This document shows positions 44,401 through 55,032 of a stretch of DNA of 64,000 bases, one piece after another. The notes below the pieces were generated by a model that saw only the letters and a program-made list of their open reading frames with translations, did no database searches and had not been told where the DNA came from. The DNA lies in contig NIVC01000270.1 in assembly GCA_002269645.1 (NCBI GenBank), positions 1 through 64,000 on the forward strand, in the 5' to 3' direction. Positions within the stretch are counted from its first letter, which is position 1, and the number at the start of each line of letters is the position of its first letter. The DNA comes from Macrostomum lignano (taxonomy: Eukaryota). Made by a program: the position numbers and the translations under genes.

Positions 44401-46135
44401 AGTGCAGTAATCCTTGGTTTATTAATAGCAATAATCCTTGGCTTATCGAGTGCAGTAATCCTTGGTTTGCCAAGAGCAATAGTCCTTGGTTTTTTGAGTG
44501 CAGTAATCCTTGGTTTATTAATAGCAATAGTCCTTGGTTTATTGAGTGCAGTAATGCTTGGTTTATTAATAGCAATAATCCTTGGCTTATCGATTGCAGT
44601 AATCCTTGGTTTGCCAAGTGCATAATCCTTGGTTTATTAATAGCAATAATCCTTGGTTTATCGAGTGCAGTAATCCTTAGTTTATTAATAGCAATAATCC
44701 TTGGCTTATCGAGTGCAGTAATCCTTGGTTTATTAATAGCAATAATCCATGGCTTATCGAGTGCAGTAATCCTTGGTTTGCCAAGAGCAATAGTCCTTGG
44801 CTTATCGAGTGCAGTAATCCTTGGTTTGCCAAGAGCAATAGTCCTTGGTTTATTGAGTGCAGTAATCCTTGGTTTATTAATAGCAATAGTCCTTGGCTTA
44901 TCGAGTGCAGTAATCCTTGGTTTATTAATAGCAATAATCCTTGGTTTATCGAGTGCAGTAATCCTTGGTTTGCCAAGTGCATAATCCTTGGCTTATCGAG
45001 TGCAGTAATCCTTGGTTTATTAATAGCAATAATCCATGGCTTATGAGTGCAGTAATCCTTGGTTTATTAATAGCAATAATCCTTGGCTTATCGAGTGCAG
45101 TAATCCTTGGTTTATTAATAGCAATAATCCATGGCTTATCGAGTGCAGTAATCCTTGGTTTGCCAAGAGCAATAGTCCTTGGCTTATCGAGTGCAGTAAT
45201 CCTTGGTTTGCCAAGAGCAATAGTCCTTGGTTTATTGAGTGCAGTAATCCTTGGTTTATTAATAGCAATAGTCCTTGGCTTATCGAGTGCAGTAATCCTT
45301 GGTTTATTAATAGCAATAATCCTTGGTTTATCGAGTGCAGTAATCCTTGGTTTATTAATAGCAATAATCCTTGGCTTATCGAGTGCAGTAATCCTTGGTT
45401 TATTAATAGCAATAATCCATGGCTTATGAGTGCAGTAATCCTTGGTTTATTAATAGCAATAATCCTTGGCTTATCGAGTGCAGTAATCCTTGGTTTATTA
45501 ATAGCAATAATCCATGGCTTATCGAGTGCAGTAATCCTTGGTTTGCCAAGAGCAATAATCCTTGGCTTATCGAGTGCAGTATTCCTTGGTTTGCCAAGTG
45601 CATAATCATTGGTTTATTAATAGCAATAATCCTTGGTTTATCGAGTGCAGTAATCCTTAGTTTATTAATAGCAATAATCCTTGGCTTATCGAGTGCAGTA
45701 ATCCTTGGTTTATTAATAGCAATAATCCATGGCTTATCGAGTGCAGTAATCCTTGGTTTGCCAAGAGCAATAGTCCTTGGCTTATCGAGTGCAGTAATCC
45801 TTGGTTTGCCAAGAGCAATATTCCTTGGTTTATTGAGTGCAGTAATCCTTGGTTTATTAATAGCAATAATCCTTGGTTTATCGAGTGCAGTAATCCTTGG
45901 TTTATTAATAGCAATAATCCTTGGCTTATCGAGTGCAGTAATCCTTGGTTTATTAATAGCAATAATCCATGGCTTATGAGTGCAGTAATCCTTGGTTTAT
46001 TAATAGCAATAATCCTTGGCTTATCGAGTGCAGTAATCCTTAGTTTGCCAAGAGCAATAATCCTTGGCTTATCGAGTGCAGTATTCCTTGGTTTGCCAAG
46101 AGCAATAATCCTTAGCTTATCGAGTGCAGTAATCT
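41460..46135. repeat. 4.7-kb satellite of 24-bp subunits with higher-order structure
   Basis: Variants cttggcttatcgagtgcagtaatc, cttggtttattaatagcaataatc, cttggtttgccaagagcaatagtc and a 23-bp cttggtttgccaagtgcataatc. Confidence 0.97.
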
Positions 46136-46204
46136 AAGTGTTTTTATTTAGTCCTTTAATAAAAGCTTTTAATAAAAAATTTTACACTACTACTTTTAAA
46201 CTAC

Positions 46205-46262
46205 TTAGATTCGAACCCAGGTCGCTGCATTAGCAGTCTGGTCTGTTCAGCTCTAGGCTAGC
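46205..46262 (-). other. tRNA-like fragment (also ~41112-41170 and ~48812-48870)
   Basis: Minus strand GCTAGCCTAGAGCTGAACAGACCAGACTGCTAATGCAGCGACCTGGGTTCGAATC has a CTGCTAA anticodon-like loop and a B box; no full acceptor stem seen. Confidence 0.45.
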
Positions 46263-47030
46263 TCTCATCGAAGTTATCAGTGAATTTGTACCACTTATAT
46301 AATTCAACACTCACACCAAGTCAGGTAGAGTAAAAAGTCTAACGAAGCAGTTATGACATAATCAATTTCTTAGGCAAGTCAGTACCAGTGTCTATGAAAG
46401 TTTACAATATGGTTACGTAATATAAATTCAGTACTGCGCTATGCTTTCACACTCAAAGCTGTGACGCAATTCAATTGAGTGTCAAATTCAGCCAGTACAC
46501 AGACGATAAATAAAGTGTATTGTGATGCAATCTATTTCAGAATCAGAATTCAACCAGTCAGATTTTTCTCTAGCATTCTTACAATGCATTTCAGGTCGAA
46601 AGAGCTGCTTGACCTTTGCAAAAAATCATGTTTTTCGAATATTTAATCCCTTTAACATTGAGCAATTTCTTAGCCAATATGCATGTACCGTCCCGGGAAA
46701 ATTTCTGATCGAATGGTGCAAGTTTGAAGAAAATCGGTTGAGCCGTTCGGGAGAAAATCAATTACAAGCAAGCAACCAAGCATTTCATTTTTAGTATATT
46801 AGAAGATACTAGCAATCTACGCCCCCCATTGGGGAGCCAAAGAAATGCAATACACGTTTTTTAATAAGCTACATGTATCCTTGAAATCTTAAAAAATCTC
46901 CTGTCAAACCTTGTAAGCCTTGACATGTCAGTAATTCCCCCCCACAAGCTTTAACATATCAACTTCCCCCCTTGACATCTCAGCAATGCCCCCAATAAGC
47001 CTTGGAGATCTAAAAATATCTGTCAACCTT

Positions 47031-47093
47031 CTAACCCTAACCCTAGCCTAACCCTAACCCTAACCCTAATCCTAACCCTAACCCTAACCCTAA
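47031..47093. repeat. Interstitial telomere-like (CCCTAA)n
   Basis: About 10 copies with two variants. Confidence 0.9.
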
Positions 47094-47859
47094 AGCATTG
47101 AAATTTCAGTAATTCTCTCTAAGAGTCATTATAGCACTACTACAGCATTATAGCGATTCCCTGCAAGCCTCGACATCGTAGGGATTCCAAATGAATCTCT
47201 TAACTTCGACATGAAGCTTCTTGTAAGCCTTGACATGTCAGCGATGGCCCCCATTAACCTTGAAATCTAAAAAATCCCCTGTTAACCTTGAAACCCGATA
47301 AAATATAACCCTCAACCCAAACCTGACCTAAACCTAACTTTAACCCAACCTAAAGCCTTGAAATCTCAGCAATTCTTCTCCCTAAGCCTTGACATTTTAG
47401 TGATTCCTTCTTTAAGAATCACAGCACTATAACGATTTCCACCAAGCTTTGACATCGTAGCAATTCCCAAATGAATCTTTTAACTTCGACATGACTTTTC
47501 TTTTATGTATACATAGTGCTACTTTTATTTTTTACATGACTCTTCTTCTATCAGCGCCCCCGTGGCGAGCCAACAAAGAATGCAATAAAAAAATTGAGTA
47601 AAGTACATGAACTTTGAAGTAGCTTCTGACTGTTGCTTTGACATCTCAGAAACCCCCCCCCCTCCGTAATCTCAGTTATTCTCTGATCAGTTATTCTCTG
47701 AGAGCCTTTACGTCTCAGTTTTTCTCCCCAGCACAGCATTATAGCTGCATTTAATTTTTACATTACACCCTTCATGTCTGACATGACGCTTCTTTTATTC
47801 TACCATGATGCTTCTTAATTTTTTAAATGACACTTTCATTAGTTTTTAAATGAGGCTTC

Positions 47860-48760
47860 TATGATTTTTACATGACGCTTCTATGATTTTTTTACATGAC
47901 GCTTCTATGATTGTTTACATGACGCTTCTATGCTTTTTATATGACGCTTCTATGATTTTTACATGACGCTTCTATGATTTTCTAAATGACGCTTCAATAA
48001 TTTTTTCATGACACTCCTATGATTTTTTCATGACGCTTCTATGAATTTTTAGATGACGCTTCGATGATTGTTTACATGACGCTTCTATGATTTTTTCATG
48101 ACGCTTTTATGATTGTTTACATGACGCTTCTATGATTGTTTACATGACGCTTCTATGATTGTTTACATGATGCTTCTATGATTTTTTACATGACACTTCT
48201 ATGATTTTTACATGACGCTTCTATGATTTTTTTACATGACGCTTCTATGATGGTTTACATGACACTTCTATGATTGTTTACATGACGCTTCTATGATTTT
48301 TTAAATGACGCTTCTATGATTGTTTACATGACGCTTCTATGATTGTTTACATGACGCTTCTATGATTGTTTACATGGCGCTTCTATGATTGTTTACATGA
48401 CGCTTCTATGATTGTTTACATGATGCTTCTATGATTGTTTACATGACGCTTCTATGATTGTTTACATGACGCTTCTATGATTTTTTAGATGACGCTTCTA
48501 TGATCTTTTAAACTCTATGATTTTTACATGACGCTTCTATGATTTTTTACATGACGCTTCTATGATTGTTTACATGACGCTTCTATGATTTTTACATGAC
48601 GCTTCTATGATTTTTACATGACGCTTCTATGATTTTTTACATGACGCTTCTATGATTTTTTACATGACGCTTCTATGATCTTTTAAACTCTATGATTTTT
48701 ACATGACGCTTCAATGATTGTTTACATGACGCTTCTATGCTTTTTTACATGACGCCTTTT
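47860..48760. repeat. 18-20-bp minisatellite (catgacgcttctatgatt...)n
   Basis: Same unit as 40220-41055. Confidence 0.93.
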
Positions 48761-51741
48761 GTCCTTTATTTGTCCTTTAATAAAAGCTTTTAATAAAAAA
48801 ACTTTTCACTACTAAGATTCGAACCCAGGTCGCTGCATTTGCAGTCTAGTCTGTTCACATCTAGGCTAGCTATTATTGAATTTATAAATGAGATTGTAGC
48901 ACTTATATAATTCAACACTCACTAACGAAGCAGTTATGACATAATCAATTTCCCAGGCAAGTCAGTATCAGTCTCAATTAAAGTTGACAATATGGTTACG
49001 CAATCTAAATCACGTCTGGTGCTACGCTTCCACACTGCATTTTCAATACTGTGACGCAATTCAAGTCGGAGTTACAATTCATTTATGATGCAATCTATTT
49101 CAGAATCAGAATTCAACCAGTCAGTTTTTTCTCTAGCATTCTTACAATGCATTTCAAGTCGAAAAGTTTGCTTGACCTTTGCAAAAAAGCATGTTTTTCG
49201 AATATTTAATCCCTTTAACATGGAGCAATTTCTTAGCCAAGATGCATGTACCGTCACGGGAAAATTTCTGATCGAACAGTGCAAGTCTCATGAAAATCGG
49301 TTAAGCCATTTTTTCTCTAATTGATTACAAGCAAGCAAGCAAGCAAGCAAGATTTTCATTTTTAGTATATTAGAAGAAGATATTTAATTATATCAAAGTA
49401 CTAAGTTTTAAGAAATCTTTGAAACTAAAAAAGCATACAAAATTTTAAAAAAAAAATTAAATCATGACCAATATTTTAGAGTTCTACTGTAACCAAAATT
49501 TTCCTTGATAACTATATCCATAGCCCAGTTTAAACTTTCCCCATAGCCTATCCATATCCAAATCTAAAACTAATAGTTTTTGTAAGTCTGTAACTTCCTA
49601 TAACTTTTAACAATTGTAACTTTAATGTAAATATGAGCGTAGTTCTACCATTAAAGTCTTATATTTCTAACTAATATTATATAGTGATGAAATAATAGAT
49701 TGACAACAATAGTTTAACTTATCACTGAGTATTACATATAGTCATACTAACTTTAGCCAACATTATCTCAGCCATACAATGTGCATATTGGCATAAAAAA
49801 TCTATGATCTTTAAGTCACCAACCTTAAGGGACTTATACATTAAAAATGAAAATATTCATCTTTATTTTAGTTCTTATCATCCCAACTATACAATGTATA
49901 TATAGCAATGAAAGTCTCTGCTATTTGAGTCTCTAACCCTAGAGACTTGAAATTTATCCTTGAAAAATATGGAAAACAAATATAGAAATATACATTCCTA
50001 TAACCATATCTATGTTCTATAAAAAAGCTCTATATTTGTAGCCATGGCGGAACTCTACTGTTGTTTTGTAGCTAGGCCTATTAATAAGTAGGACATACTG
50101 GAGACTAATATTTATATGTACATGATTCTTATATGATTATATATATAACAAATGTTGCAAAAATGGTCAAATTTTAATCTAAAAATGTACAAAACTGTCT
50201 GCTCCTACTTTTTAGCATACCTGCTAATAGTCAACATTTACAAGTTTTGTTTCTAGCAGTTCTTTTTTTGATTGGTGCTTCTGTTCACAAGTAACAATAA
50301 TAAAAATTGTTACAACTTAATAAATCAATAAAAAATAAGCCTTTGTCTATGGCAGTCACTTATTCTTACAATGGCAATTTTAGCCAGTTCTTATTATTCT
50401 TAGTATTAAACATATTTAATTAGGCCTACTAATAAGTTTCTAATAATTATCATTAATAATTAATTTTAATTAGTCTCTAAATATTATTAATAAGATCTTA
50501 TTATTAAATATTAAGGTAGCTTAGAAAAGCTTATGAGTTAATAGCTCTAGTCCAAAGAGCTTCAATTAAAGATGCTTACTGGCACAGGCAGAAATTTTTT
50601 TTGGGGGGGGGGGAATTTAGCATCCAGAGGAGGGAATATAAGAGGGTGGTGTTTTTTCACAATTTCAGGGTGAGTGGCAATTTTTTCTCTAGAATTTTGG
50701 GGGGGTAAATTTTTTTTGGGGGGGGGGCATGCCCCTTTGGCCTCCCCCTGGCTATGCCACTGAAGATACTACTTTTCAAAATGCAGGATATTTATGATAT
50801 ATGTATGAAATTGTACGACATCATGTACAACATCAAGTTACGACATCATGTTGATGTACGACATCAAGGATTTTAGCACATTAGATTAATTTTCTTAATC
50901 TTTTGATAAATCAATCTTATTTTGAACATTTTTAAAAATAGCCTTAATTAACATGATAAAAAGGGCCAATACACTTCTAGTGTGAGATCCAATGGTCCAC
51001 CTGGCCTTGGGTTGGGGAGTAGCAAGTAGGGTTGCTCAGTTGCTGTAGGGTTTAGACTAGGGCATAACATAAGGTTAAGGTACATATGTTGGTTTATCCT
51101 TTTATGATATATGTAACAGGTTCATAGGCTTATGCATGTGTAAATGTGTAATGACAAAAAACTCATTCAGACTCAACTATTCAAGATTTTGACTTTAATT
51201 TTACTCTAGCGATGGTATGATGGTTAGAGTTAGTCAGTTAGACATAGTCATAGTATTTTGCGTACATGATATTAAACATTCCCCTAATTGATTAACTACA
51301 CTACATTTCAAAATTCTGAGCATGCCGAATAACATTTATTTTAAGAAGTTAAAATATTAAGAAGACAAAGTGTAAATGCAAAGATTTCAACGCATTTTGG
51401 ATTCACAAAAATAAAATGCTAACTTCTTACTAATCAAATTTTCCCAAGCAAAATAAACAATACTAAAGATATTTTTTAAACTCTAAAGGCTAAAAATTTT
51501 GACTTTCAATATTATTTTTTGTATTAAATTCACTCTTTTCATGTTGCAAACAAAATTTTACAACCTTTTTTGTTTGATTCGGTTAAAGAGTTACCTGAAA
51601 TTTTAATTTTGACAAAAATCAAGTATAATTTTTATGCAACTTAAATATAAGCACGTCGAAAATTAGAAAACTAGACTGAAGCAACTGACCAACTATCCAG
51701 AAAGGTTAAAATACTCTAACTTAGTTACTTTGACAAACTAT

Positions 51742-53154
51742 ATGGGTGTCGAACGAATTCTCAGAGGTGTTTTAAACTACAGACACAGTGTTCAGAAGCT
51801 CTTCCAGTATGAACTTCGGGATATCAAATCCCATCCAAATGTAAGAAAACTTTGCTACGCCTACATAATTTTGTTTTTATACATGGCTGAAAAAATCATT
51901 ATTCCTTATGTGCTATCACGCAGAATTGATAGTAAAATTACATTAATTAGCAATATACACTTATCTGATACTAAAATAAATTAATAGCCACCTGATTACT
52001 GCTAGCCTACTTAGTAATATGCTGGTTTTAAACTCTAGTCTAAAATTGGCTTTGTATGGCTTAACAAGAGTACCTGATAAACAGGTTTGGAGCTGACTTA
52101 ATCTTGTGGTTTAGAGTTCTTTCTTAAATTTTGCCTTTTTCAATGTAAACATTTCTTGGCTATTTTGAATTCTTGTCACTACTAGTGCTCTTGAATTTTT
52201 GGGCTTACAATATTACCTTAATCTAATTTGTTATGATATATGCTTGCAGCAGTAGAGTACTAGACTTTAAATTGCTTGCAACTAAAAATTATCAATGAAG
52301 TAATTTATATTTGAATAGGTTTTTTATATCAAAGTTTTGTCTACATGTTTAGTTTATCTATAGTGATTTCAGCTACAATTAATATTTATTATAGTTAGTT
52401 AAATTAAATACGAGCTAAGGATATGCTTAAGAAAAAACACTTGACTATCTGACTTTACTAGCTAGGCCTTAGTAACTATTGGATTCAGAGAGTACTAATT
52501 TCTCCTAATTTCTCCACCCCTAAGCCTTCGGCCGTTTTCATCTCCTGCATGGACGCCCGCCTATTCCCAAATGATTTCACCCTGACCAAAGCCGGCGACA
52601 TGTACGTGATGCGTAACGCCGGCAACATGGCCCCGCCAGACGAACTGGGCCGAGGCGCCACCGCCGCAGGCGTTGAACTCGGCTGCATTCACAACGACAT
52701 CAAGGATGTGATCATCTGCGGCCACTCCGACTGCAAAGCGATGGCTTTGCTCTGGAAGCTGCGCGACACAATCGACACTCAGAGGCCGGATGCGCTGTCC
52801 GAATGGGTTCGAAAGTATGGCCGAAGCTCGCTAAAGCACTACCTGGCCGAGAGGGACGCTCAGCCAATGAAGTTTCGCTCGCCAATCGAAGGCCAGTCGA
52901 TCTCAGCTCACATCGATCCAGATAAGCGCTACCAGCCGCACGATCAGCTGTCCCAGGTGCACTGCCTGCAGCAGATGATCAATCTGACCACTTATCCATT
53001 TCTAAGCGAGCGTCTCCTGCAGCGGCGGGTTCGGCTAAGCGCGATGTGGTTCGACGTGGACTCGGCCGATGTGTATATGTTCTCGCGTGCGACAGAGCGG
53101 TTCCTAGTTATCTGCGAGGATAATATTGAGAAGCTTCTGCCTGAGCCGCTGTAG
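51742..53154 (+). CDS. CAHbeta: Beta-class carbonic anhydrase; exons 51742-51840 and 52525-53154 (242 aa)
   Basis: MGVERILRGVLNYR...HPN|PSAVFISCMDAR...RNAGN...CGHSDCKAM: CxDxR and HxxC zinc motifs; N-terminus typical of invertebrate beta-CA; GT-AG phase 0 intron. Confidence 0.93.
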
Positions 53155-54424
53155 GTTCAACTGAATTCACTGTGACTATATGATGGAGCGTTTTGCTTGC
53201 TCGTGTTACTAGCTGGCCCTTCCCTTGTGCAAATAACGCTTGGCTTGTTGTGTCCTTAGTGTAGATGTATAGTATAGTATAGTAACTGTTCTCTTAATTT
53301 TAGATTGTTTAGAACTCTGATCCAATGAAGTCAGTACTGACGGTTTGAATCATTCACTCTTAGCTTCCACTAACATTTTGACTACAATTCCTCACTTTGA
53401 CTCTCCCCTCTCATTTTCACTCTTTCTCTCATTTTACCTCTCTCCCGGGATCCCACTTCCATCATTCTCATTCTCTCCCCTTCTCATTTTCCCTCTCTCC
53501 CGCTTCCATTCTCATTCTCTCCCTTCTCATTTTCCCTCTTTCTTTCATTTTCCCTTTCTCCAGATTCCATTCTCATTTCTCATTCTCTCACCTTCCCATT
53601 TTCACTCCCCCTGGATGAGAATTGCCAAGGCAGGTTTTCACGCCGCCTAATTGAGACTTGGCTTAGCTGGACTCAGCTGCAGGGGGCATCGACAGGCAGA
53701 TGCAGCGCGGAGGCTGACCTAATAGTGACAGACTTTTCCGACAAGCTTGATATTTGTTTTTCCTTTATTGAACCTGGATTTTGTTTCTCATTTTAATTAT
53801 ATTATTCTTATTATAGGGCACTTGGTGTTTATTATCTGAATAAATTTAACAGATTATTTACTTTTATTTCTATCAACTCTTGCCACCTGCCGCTATTATA
53901 TTTTGTCATTAATCCATTTAGTTGTTATCTGTAGCTAGCTAGTGGAGTTTTTCAAATAAAAAGTAGATTTCTAAGAAAATCCGATGCCCATTATTTCTAA
54001 GAAACTGTTATGAATTTAGTGCGCTTTCTCCCGTATACACTTGGCATGGTATTTATCGATTTTTTAATTTGTATTGCGTAGTCAATTGAATGGACTATAT
54101 TGATCAAATTCAGGTGCATTGAGGGCACCTCAGGCACCTCCACTCTGTAGCATTGAAAGAAAAATAAACAACTTCAACTAATCAGCGCTTCGTTGCTATG
54201 CTCGTATTTTTTGCACTGATGACTTTTGAATATTGAAGCCTTAAAAAGTGCTCAACAACTTGCGCTTTACATATACTCGTACGTTGCGGAATTTTTGTTG
54301 AATTCTAATTTGAAATGCACTGCTGTCATTGCACTTTGTCATTTTTTGCTTTCTTTATAACGCCAGATATTTACTGTAAAGGATCTCACGAGTACCATGT
54401 CCAGATGATTCAGGACATTTTTAC

Positions 54425-55020
54425 GTCATCCGGTTGCTATCCAAGTACCTCAGCTAGTTGCTACCCAAGTAACTCATCCGGTTGCTACTCAAGCACCTCA
54501 TCCGGTTTCTACCCAAGTACCTCAGCTAGTTGCTACCCAAGTAACTCATCCGGTTGCTACCCAAGCACCTCATCCGGTTGCTACCCAAGTACCTCATCCG
54601 GTTGCTACCCAAGTACCTCAACCAGTTGTTAGCCAAGTACCTCATCCGGTTGCTACCCAAGCACCACATCCGGTTGCTACCCAAGTATCTCATCCGGTTG
54701 CTACCCAAGTACCTCATCCGGTTGCTACCCAAGCACCACATCCGGTTGCTACCCAAGTACCTCATCCGGTTGCTACCCAAGTACCTCATCCGGTTGCTAC
54801 CCAAGTACCTCAACCAGTTGTTAGCCAAGTACCTCATCCGGTTGCTACCCAAGCACCACATCCGGTTGCTACCCAAGTACCTCATCCGGTTGCTAGCCAA
54901 GTACCTCATCCGGTTGCTACCCAAGTACCTCATCCGGTTGCTACCCAAGTACCTCATCCGGTTGCTAGCCAAGTACCTCAGCTAGTTGCTGCCCAAGTAC
55001 CTCCACCTGGTTGCTACCAA
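54425..55020. repeat. 24-bp minisatellite (catccggttgctacccaagtacct)n
   Basis: About 24 copies directly upstream of the first recognisable ICMT exon. Confidence 0.95.
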
Positions 55021-55032
55021 AAGCTGAGCTAG

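Larger units (their letters stand above)
38649..46806 (-). mobile_element. Non-autonomous Helitron-like element, copy 1 (~8.2 kb, satellite-filled, possibly composite)
   Basis: Plus-strand boundaries A|CTAG...GA|T equal minus-strand TC...CTAG between A and T; GC hairpin gctccccgaaggggggc ~10 nt from CTAG; 5' end region matches copy 2. Confidence 0.7.
46809..49380 (-). mobile_element. Non-autonomous Helitron-like element, copy 2 (~2.6 kb), head-to-tail with copy 1
   Basis: A|CTAG at 46808/46809, hairpin gctccccaatggggggc, ends ...tagaagaaGA|T at 49380; internal blocks duplicate ~39100-41170 and ~46140-46806. Confidence 0.72.

Noticed and set aside
41455-45979. Many overlapping repetitive ORFs, and a CRISPR-like look of 24-bp repeats
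   Set aside because: Satellite with no unique spacers and no cas genes, in eukaryotic context.
46205-46262. Functional tRNA-Ser gene
   Set aside because: Only anticodon-loop and B-box-like parts are recognisable; no complete cloverleaf; three degenerate copies lie within repeats.
50578-50762. Possible MITE with CAGTGGCATAGCC-type end
   Set aside because: Only one convincing terminus; the left end matches poorly and no TSD was found.
51742-53154. Beta-carbonic anhydrase as recent bacterial horizontal transfer
   Set aside because: It has a spliceosomal intron and an N-terminus typical of the known invertebrate beta-CA family.
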